A stretch of 59,826 nucleotides of DNA from a virus (Duplodnaviria; Caudoviricetes), in the IMG/VR virus record IMGVR_UViG_3300042362_000235, positions 1 through 59,826 of that record; one strand, written 5' to 3'. Shown piece by piece: positions 16,475-25,996 of the stretch. The notes beneath the pieces are model-generated. The model did no database searches, had not been told where the DNA came from, and saw only the letters and a list, made by a program, of their open reading frames with translations. The translations under genes were made by a program, and so were the position numbers. Numbering within the stretch: position 1 is the first letter of the stretch; every line of letters starts with the position of its first letter.

Positions 16475-17809
16475 GTGGCCGAAACCCGCCGCATCGAGAT
16501 CCCACCCAAGCTCATCCCGGTCTTCTCCGGCGCCGCCGACGTGCGCGGCGCCTGGGGCGGACGCGGCTCCGGCAAGACGCGCAGCTTCGCCAAGATGACC
16601 GCGGTGCGCGCCTATGCGTTCGCCCAGGCCGGCATCAGCGGGCAGATCCTGTGCGGCCGGCAGTTTCAGAACAGCCTGGCCGACAGCTCGCTGGAGGAGA
16701 TCAAGCGGGCGATCGAGGACGAGCCCTGGCTGGCCGACGCCTTCGAGGTCGGGGAAACCTACGTGCGCACGCGCGACGGCCGGGTGAGCTACACCTTCGC
16801 GGGCCTTGAACGGAACATCGACAGCATCAAGTCCAAGGGCCGCATCCTGCTGTGCTGGGTGGACGAGGCCGAAGGCGTCAGCGACCACGCCTGGGACGTG
16901 CTGGCGCCGACGCTGCGGGAGGAGGGTGAGGGCTGGTCGGCCGAGCTATGGGTGACGTGGAACCCGAAGCGCCGCGGCTCGGCCACCGATCGCCGGTTCC
17001 GCCAGGCCAAGGATCCGCGCATCAAGGTCGTCGAGCTCAACTGGCGCGACAACCCGCGCTTCCCGGCGGTGCTGGAGCGCCAGCGCCAGCGCGACCTGGC
17101 CGAGCGGCCGGACACCTACGACTGGGTGTGGGAGGGCGCCTATGCCACGACGGTGGCCGGCGCCTACTACGCCAAGCACTTGACCGCGGCGCGCGCGGCT
17201 GGCCGCATCGGCCGGGTGGCGCCCGATCCGCTGATGACCCTGCGGGCGTTCACCGACATCGGCGGCACGGGCAAGCGCGCCGACTCCTTCGTCTGGTGGG
17301 TGGCCCAGTTCATCGGGCGCGAGGTCCGGGTGCTGGATCACTACGAGGCGGTGGGCCAGCCGCTGGAGGCCCACCTGACCTGGGCGCGCAACCGCGGCTA
17401 CACCCACGAGCGCATGCAGGTCTGGCTGCCGCACGACGGCGTGACCCACGATCGCATCTACGACGTGACCTACGAGTCGGCGCTGACGCGCGCGGGCTAC
17501 AACGTCACCATCGTGCCCAACCAGGGCGCCGGCGCGGCCATTGCCCGCATCGAGGCGCTGCGTCGGGTGTTCCCCTCGACGTGGTGGGACAGCGAGCGGT
17601 GCGCCGCCGGCCTCGAGGCGCTGGGTTGGTACCACGAGAAGCGCGACGAAGTGCGCGACGTGGGCCTGGGGCCGGAACACGACTGGTCGAGCCACAGCGC
17701 GGACGCGGCCGGGATGATGGCCATCGTCGCCGAGGATCACATGCGCAGCGGCACCCAGTCGGCCGCGGCGCAACTGTTCAAGCGGCGCCGCAGCGGCATG
17801 GCCGTCTGA
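16475..17809 (+). CDS. Terminase large subunit (PBSX-like)
   Basis: Walker A GGRGSGKT, Walker B CWVDEAE, TWNP, C-terminal HDWSSHSADA nuclease motif. Confidence 0.93.
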   Translation: MAETRRIEIPPKLIPVFSGAADVRGAWGGRGSGKTRSFAKMTAVRAYAFAQAGISGQILCGRQFQNSLADSSLEEIKRAIEDEPWLADAFEVGETYVRTRDGRVSYTFAGLERNIDSIKSKGRILLCWVDEAEGVSDHAWDVLAPTLREEGEGWSAELWVTWNPKRRGSATDRRFRQAKDPRIKVVELNWRDNPRFPAVLERQRQRDLAERPDTYDWVWEGAYATTVAGAYYAKHLTAARAAGRIGRVAPDPLMTLRAFTDIGGTGKRADSFVWWVAQFIGREVRVLDHYEAVGQPLEAHLTWARNRGYTHERMQVWLPHDGVTHDRIYDVTYESALTRAGYNVTIVPNQGAGAAIARIEALRRVFPSTWWDSERCAAGLEALGWYHEKRDEVRDVGLGPEHDWSSHSADAAGMMAIVAEDHMRSGTQSAAAQLFKRRRSGMAV

Positions 17810-17832
17810 CCCCCCGCCGGCCCTGGCCGGAA

Positions 17833-17853
17833 TCGTGACAAGCATGGCACCGT
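17833..17853 (+). promoter_or_regulatory. Putative late-promoter motif, copy 1 (TCGTGACAAGCATGGCACCGT)
   Basis: Recurs at 22356, 23813, 23835, 37519 and 40360, each time upstream of a virion gene. Confidence 0.65.
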
Positions 17854-17884
17854 CGCCCGCGGTTCAACGCTGCGGGGCTCGCCA

Positions 17885-18301
17885 ATGGGCGTCACTCTCG
17901 ATCTGCGCCGGGCGCATCTCAGCCGCTACCACGGCGACATCCTGGCGATCTACACCTGGGTCAACGACGAGCGCGCGCTGGTGCTGATGCCGGCGTTCCG
18001 CAAGGGCGCGCCCTGGTACATCGTGTGCGAGTCGGCCGCGTTCAAGTACGACGACCCGACCTACCTGGCCACGCAGTGCGTCAAGGCGTGCGAGGTGCTG
18101 GGCCTGGAGCCCAGCCGCGCCAACTGGGTGCGCGTGGCGTCGATCATCCACGATGGGCTGCCAGACCTCATCCGCATGCCGTCGGCGCCGCCGGCCGAGT
18201 ACCTGCGCGGCTCGATGGGCGCGATGGAACTCCGCGCCGACGGGCAGGTGATTGCCGGCGACGACATCCGCATCGAGCGCGAGGGCGCTACCTATGGCTG
18301 A
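17885..18301 (+). CDS. Conserved hypothetical protein upstream of the portal
   Basis: Strong GC3 bias; overlaps the portal start. Confidence 0.75.
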   Translation: MGVTLDLRRAHLSRYHGDILAIYTWVNDERALVLMPAFRKGAPWYIVCESAAFKYDDPTYLATQCVKACEVLGLEPSRANWVRVASIIHDGLPDLIRMPSAPPAEYLRGSMGAMELRADGQVIAGDDIRIEREGATYG

Positions 18302-20651
18302 CCCGTTCGACGTGTTCCCGCGTCGCGGCCGGGCGCCTGGCGACGACTACTTCCGCCGCCAGGGTGCCAGCAGCGGCGCCGATGTGGTCGAGCGCCGCGT
18401 GCATCGACTGGACACCGAGGAGGCGCGCGCCGAACTGCGCCAACTGCTGGAGTGGTACTTCTACGAGCGGGAGCGGCAGAGCCTCAATCGCCTGGACATG
18501 GCGATGGACTGCGACGTCTACGACAACCTGCAGTGGGATCCCGAGGATGCCGCGGCCCTGCGCGAGCGCGGCCAGATGCCGCTGGTCTACAACGAAGTGG
18601 CGCCGATGGTCGACTGGCTGATCGGCACCGAGCGCCGGTCGCGCGTGGACTGGCGCGTGCTTCCCCGCACCGAGGATGACGTCGAGCTGGCCGACGTGAA
18701 GACCAAGGTCTTGAAGTACGTCAGCGACATCAACCGGGTGCAGTTCCTGCGCAGCCGGGCGTTCGCGGACGCGATCAAGAGCGGCGTGGGCTGGATGGAC
18801 GACGGCGTGCGCGACGACCCGACGCAGGACATCCTCTACTCCAAGTACGAGGACTGGCGCCAGGTGCTGTGGGATTCGTCGGCCTACGAGCACGACCTGT
18901 CTGACGCGCGCTATCTGTTCCGCTGGCGCTGGGTGGACGAGGACATCGCGCTGCTGATGTTCCCCGACCGCGCCGCGGCCATCCGCGAGGCCGTCGAGGA
19001 GGGCACCCACCTGACCACCGACGGGTGGGAAGAGGAGACGTGGTACACGGCCCAGGATCTGCAGCAACTCAAGACGGGCACCATCTACGCGGCCGGCGTG
19101 GGTCAACTGGCCGACGCCCGGCGCCGCCGGGTCAAGCTCATCGAGTGCCAGTACCGCAAGCCGGCCCAGGTGCGCATCGTGATGGACGGCCCGCTGCAGG
19201 GCGCCGTGCTGAGCCCGCGCGATAACGCGCTGGCCGAGGCGGTGGGCAAGCTGGGCAGCGCCGTGGTGGACAAGCTGATGATGCGGGTTCACTTCGCCGT
19301 GTTCACCGACAGCCGGCTGCTGGCGCTGGCGCCGAGCCCGTACCGCCACAACCGCTTCAGCCTGACGCCGATCTGGTGCTACCGCCGCAGCCGTGACCGC
19401 CTGCCCTACGGGGTGATCCGCCGCGTGCGCGACATCCAGCAGGACCTGAACAAGCGCGCGAGCAAGGCGCTCTTCATGCTCAACTCGAACCAGATCCTGG
19501 CCGAGGAGGGCGCCACCGAGGACTGGGACACGCTGCGCGACGAGGCCGATCGGCCCGACGGCGTGCTGGTGTTCAAGCCTGGCCGCAAGGTGGAACTGCG
19601 CCGCGACACCGACGCGGCCACGGGCCAACTCAACATGATGGAGATGGCCACCCGCAGCATCCAACGCAGCGGTGGCGTGGCCGACGAGAACATGGGCCGG
19701 CAGACCAATGCCGTGTCCGGCGAGGCGATCAAGGCGCGGCAACTGCAGGGCTCGATCGTCACCACCGAGCCCTTCGACAACCTGCGCCTGGCCACGCAGG
19801 AGCAGGGCGCCAAGCAACTCAGCCTGGTCGAGCAGTGGTACACGCAGGAGAAGGTGGTGCGCCTGACCGGCGCCAAGGGCGCGCTGGAGTGGGTCAAGGT
19901 CAACGTGCCCGAGGTGCAGCCCGACGGCTCGGTGCGCTTCATCAACGACATCACCAGCAGCATGGCCGACTTCGTGGTCAGCGAGCAGGACTACGCCGGC
20001 ACGCTGCGCCAGGTGATGTTCGAGGCGCTGAACCAGCTGGCCACACGGCTGCCGCCGGAGGTCAGCCTGCGCATCATGACAATCGCCATGGAGTTCTCGG
20101 ACTTGCCCAACAAGGACGAGATCGCCGAGCAGTTCCGCAAGCTCACCGGCGAGCGCGACCCGAACAAGCCCATGTCGCCCGAGGAGCAAGCCCAGGCCGA
20201 GCAGCAGGCCATGGCCCAGGCCGAGGCGATGCAGATGCAGCGCGAGGCTGCGCGCGCGGCGCTGGGTGAACAGCAGGCCAAGGTGCGCGAGCTCAACGCC
20301 CGCGCCGCCAAGCTCGAAGCCGAGGCGCAGGCCGCGATGGCCGCTGCGGCCGGCGGTGCGGGTGACGGCGACATGCAGCAGGCCATCCTGCAAGTGCGCT
20401 CCGAGGCCGCGGCCGAGATCGACCGCGTGAGCGAGGAACTGCGGCGCGCCCAGGCTGCACTGGCCAACCGCACGATCCAGATCAACCGCGACGCCGACAC
20501 CAAGGTCGAGGTCGCCCGCATCGACGCCGACGCCAAGACAAGGGTGGCCGGGATCCAGGCCGCGAGCGACCGGGCCATTGCACAACTCGAACGCCGGCTC
20601 GAGGACATGGCGCGCACGATCAATCGCGACACCGAGACTTCAACATCATGA
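18294..20651 (+). CDS. Portal protein (P22/N4-like)
   Basis: QWDPED..RERGQMPLVYN, PYGVIRRVRDIQQDLNKR, SGEAIKARQ; C-terminal coiled coil. Confidence 0.88.
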   Translation: MADPFDVFPRRGRAPGDDYFRRQGASSGADVVERRVHRLDTEEARAELRQLLEWYFYERERQSLNRLDMAMDCDVYDNLQWDPEDAAALRERGQMPLVYNEVAPMVDWLIGTERRSRVDWRVLPRTEDDVELADVKTKVLKYVSDINRVQFLRSRAFADAIKSGVGWMDDGVRDDPTQDILYSKYEDWRQVLWDSSAYEHDLSDARYLFRWRWVDEDIALLMFPDRAAAIREAVEEGTHLTTDGWEEETWYTAQDLQQLKTGTIYAAGVGQLADARRRRVKLIECQYRKPAQVRIVMDGPLQGAVLSPRDNALAEAVGKLGSAVVDKLMMRVHFAVFTDSRLLALAPSPYRHNRFSLTPIWCYRRSRDRLPYGVIRRVRDIQQDLNKRASKALFMLNSNQILAEEGATEDWDTLRDEADRPDGVLVFKPGRKVELRRDTDAATGQLNMMEMATRSIQRSGGVADENMGRQTNAVSGEAIKARQLQGSIVTTEPFDNLRLATQEQGAKQLSLVEQWYTQEKVVRLTGAKGALEWVKVNVPEVQPDGSVRFINDITSSMADFVVSEQDYAGTLRQVMFEALNQLATRLPPEVSLRIMTIAMEFSDLPNKDEIAEQFRKLTGERDPNKPMSPEEQAQAEQQAMAQAEAMQMQREAARAALGEQQAKVRELNARAAKLEAEAQAAMAAAAGGAGDGDMQQAILQVRSEAAAEIDRVSEELRRAQAALANRTIQINRDADTKVEVARIDADAKTRVAGIQAASDRAIAQLERRLEDMARTINRDTETSTS

Positions 20652-20881
20652 ATCTACCCACCATCGCTCATGACAAGGCGCTGCATGTCGCGTACGGCGC
20701 GGCCATTGCATCACTTGGCACGCTGATCTTGTCCTGGCAAGTCGGCGCGATTTCCTGTGCGGCTGTCGCCGTCGGCTGGGAGGCGTTGCAGCGCCTGCGT
20801 AGCAGCGGCCATCCCTCTGTGCAAGACGCCATCGCCACAGTCTGCGGCGGCGCGATCGTCGTGCTCCCCTGGGTATTCTAA
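20648..20881 (+). CDS. Small membrane protein
   Basis: HDKALH followed by hydrophobic helices. Confidence 0.6.
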   Translation: MNLPTIAHDKALHVAYGAAIASLGTLILSWQVGAISCAAVAVGWEALQRLRSSGHPSVQDAIATVCGGAIVVLPWVF

Positions 20882-20891
20882 GGAGCTAGGC

Positions 20892-21098
20892 GTGACAACG
20901 ACCAAGCACGAGATTGCCAGCGAGGCCGTCAAGGCGGCGCCGCCCATTACGGTGGCAGGCGCCACGGTAGCCGGCGTGGCGGTGAACGATCTGATCCTTT
21001 GGGCGACGCTGCTCTACCTTGTGTTGCAGATCGGCTTCCTGATCTATCGCTGGTGGCGCTTGGGGACTGGCCGCGACCAAGGGAGTACAGGCGCGTGA
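20892..21098 (+). CDS. Putative holin
   Basis: AGGAG RBS; TM segment followed by a basic tail; directly upstream of the endolysin. Confidence 0.65.
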   Translation: MTTTKHEIASEAVKAAPPITVAGATVAGVAVNDLILWATLLYLVLQIGFLIYRWWRLGTGRDQGSTGA

Positions 21099-21601
21099 CA
21101 GCAAAGCTGCGTGTGGCTGTCGGCGCGCTGGGCCTGAGTGCCGCCGGTCTGGTCGGCATCGCCCTGTCCGAGGGCTACACCGACCGCGCCGTGCGTCCAC
21201 TGCCTGGCGACGTGCCGACGGTCGGGTTCGGCAGCACGACGCGGCCCGACGGCAGCCCGGTGCGCATGGGCGACACCACGACACCGACCGAGGCGCTGAC
21301 ACGCAAGCTGCGCGACGTGCAGCGCTTCGAGGGGGTGCTGCAGCAGTGCATCCGCATGCCGCTGTTCCAGCACGAGTACGATGCCATCGTGTCCTGGGCC
21401 TACAACGTCGGCCCGGGCGCCGCGTGCCGCTCGACGCTGGTGCGCAAGCTCAACGCGGGAGACTACGCCGGCGCCTGCGCCGAGTTCGACCGCTGGACCT
21501 ACTTCCAGGGCCGCGACTGCCGCGATCCGACCAACCGCTGCAGCGGGCTGGCCAAGCGGCGCGCCGAGGAGCGCGCGCTTTGCGAGGGCCGGGCACCGTG
21601 A
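21095..21601 (+). CDS. SAR endolysin (GH24 lysozyme)
   Basis: Gly/Ala-rich N-terminal SAR, EG...PTVGFG, YNVG, GLAKRRAEERALC. Confidence 0.9.
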   Translation: MTAKLRVAVGALGLSAAGLVGIALSEGYTDRAVRPLPGDVPTVGFGSTTRPDGSPVRMGDTTTPTEALTRKLRDVQRFEGVLQQCIRMPLFQHEYDAIVSWAYNVGPGAACRSTLVRKLNAGDYAGACAEFDRWTYFQGRDCRDPTNRCSGLAKRRAEERALCEGRAP

Positions 21602-21843
21602 GCGACCGCCTCTACAACACCCGGCTGCGCTGGGCCAACGGCCGCGGCGCCGCGATGCTGCACGGGCGCATCGTGCCGCTGACCGAGCCGCCTGCGCTGT
21701 GCGGCGCCACGGTAGCGCAGCTGGACTACACGCCCGAGGTCCGCTGCTTCGAGATCCGCCGCGCGCCGGCCGATCCGGTGAGCGAGATGACCGCGGCCGA
21801 GATTGCCGAGACTGACGCCCTGCTGCGGAGGCTGCTGCCGTGA
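21598..21843 (+). CDS. Hypothetical protein in the lysis cassette
   Basis: Coupled GTGA overlaps on both sides. Confidence 0.6.
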   Translation: MSDRLYNTRLRWANGRGAAMLHGRIVPLTEPPALCGATVAQLDYTPEVRCFEIRRAPADPVSEMTAAEIAETDALLRRLLP

Positions 21844-22340
21844 CGTGGTTCGGTGTGGGTTGGCGTCTGCTGGTGGTAGCCGGCCTAGCCGCGGCGGCGC
21901 TGTGGGCCGCCGGCTGGATGTACCGCACCGGGCACGCCAAGGCCACCGCGGAGTGCAACGCCCGCCAGGCCGCGGCCCAGGAGGCTGCGCGGCTGGCCGA
22001 TCGCGCGCGCTTGGCCGCACAGAGTGACGCCACCCGGAGGATCGACCATGACGCCCACCAGGCGCTTCGCGCCGCCCAGGCCCGTGCTGCTGCTGCTCGC
22101 GCTGATGCTGACGGCCTGCGCCGCGCCCTCGACGACCTTCGCGCCGATCGAGCCGACGCCACCACCACCGCCGCCGGCTGCGATCGCCTCCGGCACCAGC
22201 GTGACGGACTGGCAGACCTACTCGCAGAAGGTGCAGAGCTACTTGCAGAAGGCGCGCAGGCAGGCGATCGACTTGCTGCTGCCCACGCCGGGCTGCGACG
22301 TTACGTCACCGAAGTCTGCCGAGTGCCTGTAAGAGATTGA
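21840..22340 (+). CDS. i-spanin (Rz-like)
   Basis: N-terminal TM followed by an Ala-rich coiled coil and C-terminal Cys. Confidence 0.8.
   Translation: MTWFGVGWRLLVVAGLAAAALWAAGWMYRTGHAKATAECNARQAAAQEAARLADRARLAAQSDATRRIDHDAHQALRAAQARAAAARADADGLRRALDDLRADRADATTTAAGCDRLRHQRDGLADLLAEGAELLAEGAQAGDRLAAAHAGLRRYVTEVCRVPVRD
22048..22332 (+). CDS. Embedded o-spanin (Rz1-like lipoprotein)
   Basis: GGAGG RBS, lipobox LTAC, Pro-rich; nested in the Rz gene in +1 frame. Confidence 0.8.
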   Translation: MTPTRRFAPPRPVLLLLALMLTACAAPSTTFAPIEPTPPPPPPAAIASGTSVTDWQTYSQKVQSYLQKARRQAIDLLLPTPGCDVTSPKSAECL

Positions 22341-22404
22341 CGCCGATGCGTCGGCTCGATCCAAGCATGGCAGCCTGCGCCCGTTCGCAATCAGAGGATC
22401 GAGC

Positions 22405-22593
22405 ATGCCCAAGAAGTCTATGAACGTGGCCATGGTCAAGGAAGACGAGCGCTGGCGCGTCGAGAGCGACCTGTCCACGCTGATGGAGGCCGAGAAGATC
22501 AAGGCCGACCCGAAGCGCTTCGCCAGGGCTCAGGCGCTGGCCAAGGAAAAGATGATGGCCGTGGCCAAGGTCGCATCCGACGACGCGGACTGA
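22405..22593 (+). CDS. Small conserved phage protein
   Basis: WRVESDLSTLMEAEKIKADPKR; GAGG RBS; follows a late motif. Confidence 0.7.
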   Translation: MPKKSMNVAMVKEDERWRVESDLSTLMEAEKIKADPKRFARAQALAKEKMMAVAKVASDDAD

Positions 22594-22630
22594 TCCCTCC
22601 TCACCACCCCCACGCTGAAAGGAAGCGCGC

Positions 22631-23614
22631 ATGAGTACGCTGGACGCCGACACCCTGGCCACGCTGACCCCCGAGGAACGCGAGGCGATCGAATCGGCCG
22701 AGATGAGCCCCGAGGAACTGGCCGCGATGCAGCGCATCGCCGGCTCCGACAACGACGACGACACCGACGCCGGCAACGACGACGCCGGCAACGACGACGC
22801 CGGCAACGACGACGCCGGCAACGACGACGCCGGCAACGACGACGCCGGCAACGACGACGATGGCAACGACGTTGCAGCCGCTGCGGGCGCCGCCAGCAAC
22901 GCTGCTGCCGACGGCGGTGCTGCTGCTGCTGCTGCCGCACGCCCCGCAGCCCAGGCGCCCGACGCCGCGGCGCCGCGCTACGAGGCCAAGCTGCCGGACA
23001 ACTTCGACCAACAGGTCAAGACGCTGGCCGATCGTGAGGCGGAGCTCAAGCGCCAGTTCCGCACGGGCGAGATCGAATTCGACGAGTACGAGGAGCAGCG
23101 GTCGCAACTGCTGACCAAGCGCGAAGCGCTGACCATCGCGCGCACCAAGGCCGAGATCAGCCAGGAGATGACGGTGCAGACGGCCGAGCGGCAGTGGAAG
23201 ACCACGGTCAACCGCTTCCTTGATGCCGCAGCCAAGGACGGCCTGGACTACCGCGGCGACGCGGCGAAGATGGGCGACCTGGACCTGTTCGTCAAGACGC
23301 TGGCGCAGCGCACCGAGTACGCCGACAAGCCGCCCGAGTGGTTCCTGCAAGAGGCCGACCGCCGCGTGCGCGCGCTGTACGGCATGAGCACCCCGCAGGC
23401 CCGCCGCAGCGACCCGGTGGCCGACGCGACCGCGCGCCGCCGCGTGGATCCGGCCGACGCGCCGCGCTCGCTGGCCCAGGTGCCCGGCTCGGACGGCCCG
23501 GGTGACGTGGCCGGCGAGTTCGCAGACGTGGATGCCCTCGGAGGCGACGATCTCGAGATGGCGCTGGCCCGCATGACGCCCGCCCAGCGCGAGAAGTACG
23601 CCCTCGGGCGCTGA
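22631..23614 (+). CDS. Probable capsid scaffolding protein
   Basis: Acidic low-complexity N-terminus, helical core; upstream of the capsid gene. Confidence 0.75.
   Translation: MSTLDADTLATLTPEEREAIESAEMSPEELAAMQRIAGSDNDDDTDAGNDDAGNDDAGNDDAGNDDAGNDDAGNDDDGNDVAAAAGAASNAAADGGAAAAAAARPAAQAPDAAAPRYEAKLPDNFDQQVKTLADREAELKRQFRTGEIEFDEYEEQRSQLLTKREALTIARTKAEISQEMTVQTAERQWKTTVNRFLDAAAKDGLDYRGDAAKMGDLDLFVKTLAQRTEYADKPPEWFLQEADRRVRALYGMSTPQARRSDPVADATARRRVDPADAPRSLAQVPGSDGPGDVAGEFADVDALGGDDLEMALARMTPAQREKYALGR
22766..22870 (+). repeat. 15-bp tandem repeat GACGCCGGCAACGAC, six perfect copies plus one degenerate (DAGND)
   Basis: Read directly from the sequence. Confidence 0.95.
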
Positions 23615-23631
23615 TCCGGAGCCCGCGCGGC

Positions 23632-23832
23632 ATGAGCACCACCGTGGACACATCCAGCCTGGTGATCGACGTTCGCCCCGGTGAGCGCCTGGTCGTGGCC
23701 GGTGGCGTCACGGTGGAGCTCGTGCAGAAGTCCGGCCAACTGGCGCGGCTGCGGGTCACCGCGCCGCGCGACGTGAAGATCGAGCGCAAGCAGGCCGTGC
23801 GCGATGCGCATGTCGTGCCAAGCATGGCCTGA
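23632..23832 (+). CDS. CsrA/RsmA-like small protein
   Basis: LVIDVRPGERLVVAGGVTVELVQKSGQLARLRVTAPRDVKIER aligns by eye with the CsrA beta fold. Confidence 0.65.
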   Translation: MSTTVDTSSLVIDVRPGERLVVAGGVTVELVQKSGQLARLRVTAPRDVKIERKQAVRDAHVVPSMA

Positions 23833-23925
23833 TGTCGTGACAAGCATGGCAGTCTGAAGGCTTCCAATCGTGAGTGAGCGCAGGAGTGCTCTTTGAGGTT
23901 CAACACCTGAAGGAGAGCGTTTCCT

Positions 23926-25044
23926 ATGGCTCGCACCATCGTCGGGGTCAACGATCCCAAGGCCGTCAAGCGCTGGAGTGGCCTCATGGCCCTGGAAACC
24001 AGCCAGAAGTCCTACTTCAACCAGCGCTTCATGGCCCGGGGCGCGAACGCCGAAGTGCCCATCCAGATCCTGACCGATCTGGAGTCGGACGCCGGCGAGC
24101 AGATCAGCTACGACCTCCTGGCCGAGCTGAAGATGGCGCCCGTCGAGGGCGAGGACATCCTCGAAGGCAAGGAAGAAGCGCAGAAGTTCTACACCGACCA
24201 GATCTACATCGACCAGGCGCGGTGCGGTGTGAACACGGGCGGCAAGATGACGCGCAAGCGCACGCTGCACGATCTGCGCGAGAAGGCCAAGCGCCAGCAG
24301 TCCAGCTGGTGGGCGCGCCTGATGGACGAACTGCTGTTCATCTACCTGTCCGGCGCCCGCGGGGTCAACCCCAACTTCCTGCTGCCGGCGGACTACACCG
24401 GCCGCGCCAACAATGGCCTGGTGACGCCGGACAGCAACCACCGCCTGTTCGGTGGCGACGCCACGGCGTTCAACAACATCGACTCCGCCGACAAGTTCAG
24501 CCTGCGGATGATCGACCGCGCCAAGACCAAGGCCGACAGCCAGGGCGGCGGCGCGACCAACATTCCGGTCCTGCAGCCGTGCAAGATCGACGGCAACGAG
24601 ACGTTCGTGTGCGTGATGCACACGTTCCAGGAAGACGACCTGCGCGCCGACACCAGCACCGGCCAGTGGCTCGACATCCAGAAGGCGGCCGCCGGCGCCG
24701 AGGGCCGCAACAACCCGCTGTTCAAGGGCAGCCTGGGCATGTACCGCGGCGTGATCCTGCACTCGCACCGCAACGTGATCCGCTTCGCCAACGCGGGCGC
24801 CGGTGCCAACGTCGAGGCCGCGCGCGCCCTGTTCCTGGGCTCGCAGGCTGCCGTGATGGCGTTCGGCTCGCCGGGCACCAACATGCGCTTCGACTGGCAC
24901 GAGGAGACGCGCGACAACGGCGACAAGGTGGTCATCACCACCAGCTCGATCTTCGGCATCAAGAAGGTCACGTTCACGCACGACGGCACCGGCGCGCAGG
25001 ACTTCGGGGTGTTCAGCCTCGACACCGCCGCGGCCAGCCGCTGA
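23926..25044 (+). CDS. Major capsid protein (N4-gp56/DUF4043-like)
   Basis: DLESDAGEQISYDL, LEGKEE, MTRKRTLHDLR, NPLFKGSLGMYRGVILH. Confidence 0.88.
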   Translation: MARTIVGVNDPKAVKRWSGLMALETSQKSYFNQRFMARGANAEVPIQILTDLESDAGEQISYDLLAELKMAPVEGEDILEGKEEAQKFYTDQIYIDQARCGVNTGGKMTRKRTLHDLREKAKRQQSSWWARLMDELLFIYLSGARGVNPNFLLPADYTGRANNGLVTPDSNHRLFGGDATAFNNIDSADKFSLRMIDRAKTKADSQGGGATNIPVLQPCKIDGNETFVCVMHTFQEDDLRADTSTGQWLDIQKAAAGAEGRNNPLFKGSLGMYRGVILHSHRNVIRFANAGAGANVEAARALFLGSQAAVMAFGSPGTNMRFDWHEETRDNGDKVVITTSSIFGIKKVTFTHDGTGAQDFGVFSLDTAAASR

Positions 25045-25080
25045 TCGCCCGCCAAGCACTCACGACAAGGAGCACAACCC

Positions 25081-25530
25081 ATGCCCTTCAGCAACTCCAA
25101 CGACTACCTGACCGGCCGCAAGCCGGCGCCGTTCCCGGCTGGCGGCGAAGTGGTCGCCTGCCGCTTCCCGATCGCCCTGGTGGCGGCGGACCTCGACGCC
25201 AACGACACCGGTGCCGTGGCCATCCTGCCGGCCGGCTGCGTGCCCGTCGGCCTGGTGTACGACTCGGACGACCTCGACACCAACGCGAGCCCGACCATCG
25301 CGGCCAGCGTGGGGCCGGTCAATGCCGCGCGCGACGACCTGACCGCCACCTGGGCCAGCGGCATCACCGCCAGCCAGGGCGGCACGTCGGCCAACGTGGT
25401 GCTCTCGCCGGCCGCCATGAAGCTGGCGCCGTCGACCTCCGACTTGGTGATCGGGATCCGCTTCACCGCCGCGGCTGCCACCAAGGCCGCCGGCGAAGTG
25501 GGCCTGACGCTGCTTTACCGCGCGGCCTGA
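25081..25530 (+). CDS. Virion protein (possible decoration protein)
   Basis: AAGGAG RBS; small beta-rich protein after the capsid gene. Confidence 0.7.
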   Translation: MPFSNSNDYLTGRKPAPFPAGGEVVACRFPIALVAADLDANDTGAVAILPAGCVPVGLVYDSDDLDTNASPTIAASVGPVNAARDDLTATWASGITASQGGTSANVVLSPAAMKLAPSTSDLVIGIRFTAAAATKAAGEVGLTLLYRAA

Positions 25531-25574
25531 CGGCGCACTGACGATCCTCCTCGGAGAAGGCGCGTGGGGCGCCT

Positions 25575-25609
25575 TGGGGAGGGGGAGGTAACTTCCCCTC
25601 CCCATTTTT
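25575..25609 (+). terminator. Rho-independent terminator after the capsid operon
   Basis: TGGGGAGGGGGAG-GTAA-CTTCCCCTCCCCA-TTTTT. Confidence 0.8.
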
Positions 25610-25625
25610 CATGGAGCACCTGACG

Positions 25626-25982
25626 ATGAAGCTGCTGACCTCGATCCCGCTGCGCCGCGACGGCACGGTGCGTGCCACCGGCCCGGATGGCCGCGAGTGG
25701 GTGTTCCGCGCGGTCGAAGGCTCCGACGAAGCCGGCTGCGACGTGGATGACCCCGCTGCGGTGGCCGCGCTGCTGGCGACCGGCAACTTCTACCCGGCCG
25801 ATGCCGCCGATCTGGAGGCGGCGCTGGCGCTGGTCGGCAGCGTGGCGGGCGACCGCGACGACGAGGGCGACGACGAGGGTGACGAGGACGACGAAGCCGC
25901 CGTCGCAGGCAGCGCGTTGCCCGTCGAGGCCAACACCCCGCCGGTGCCGGCTCGCGGCCGCAAGGGCCGCGCTGCGCGCTGA
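25626..25982 (+). CDS. Hypothetical virion-module protein
   Basis: GGAG RBS; acidic tract. Confidence 0.65.
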   Translation: MKLLTSIPLRRDGTVRATGPDGREWVFRAVEGSDEAGCDVDDPAAVAALLATGNFYPADAADLEAALALVGSVAGDRDDEGDDEGDEDDEAAVAGSALPVEANTPPVPARGRKGRAAR

Positions 25983-25996
25983 TGCAGGACTGACCG

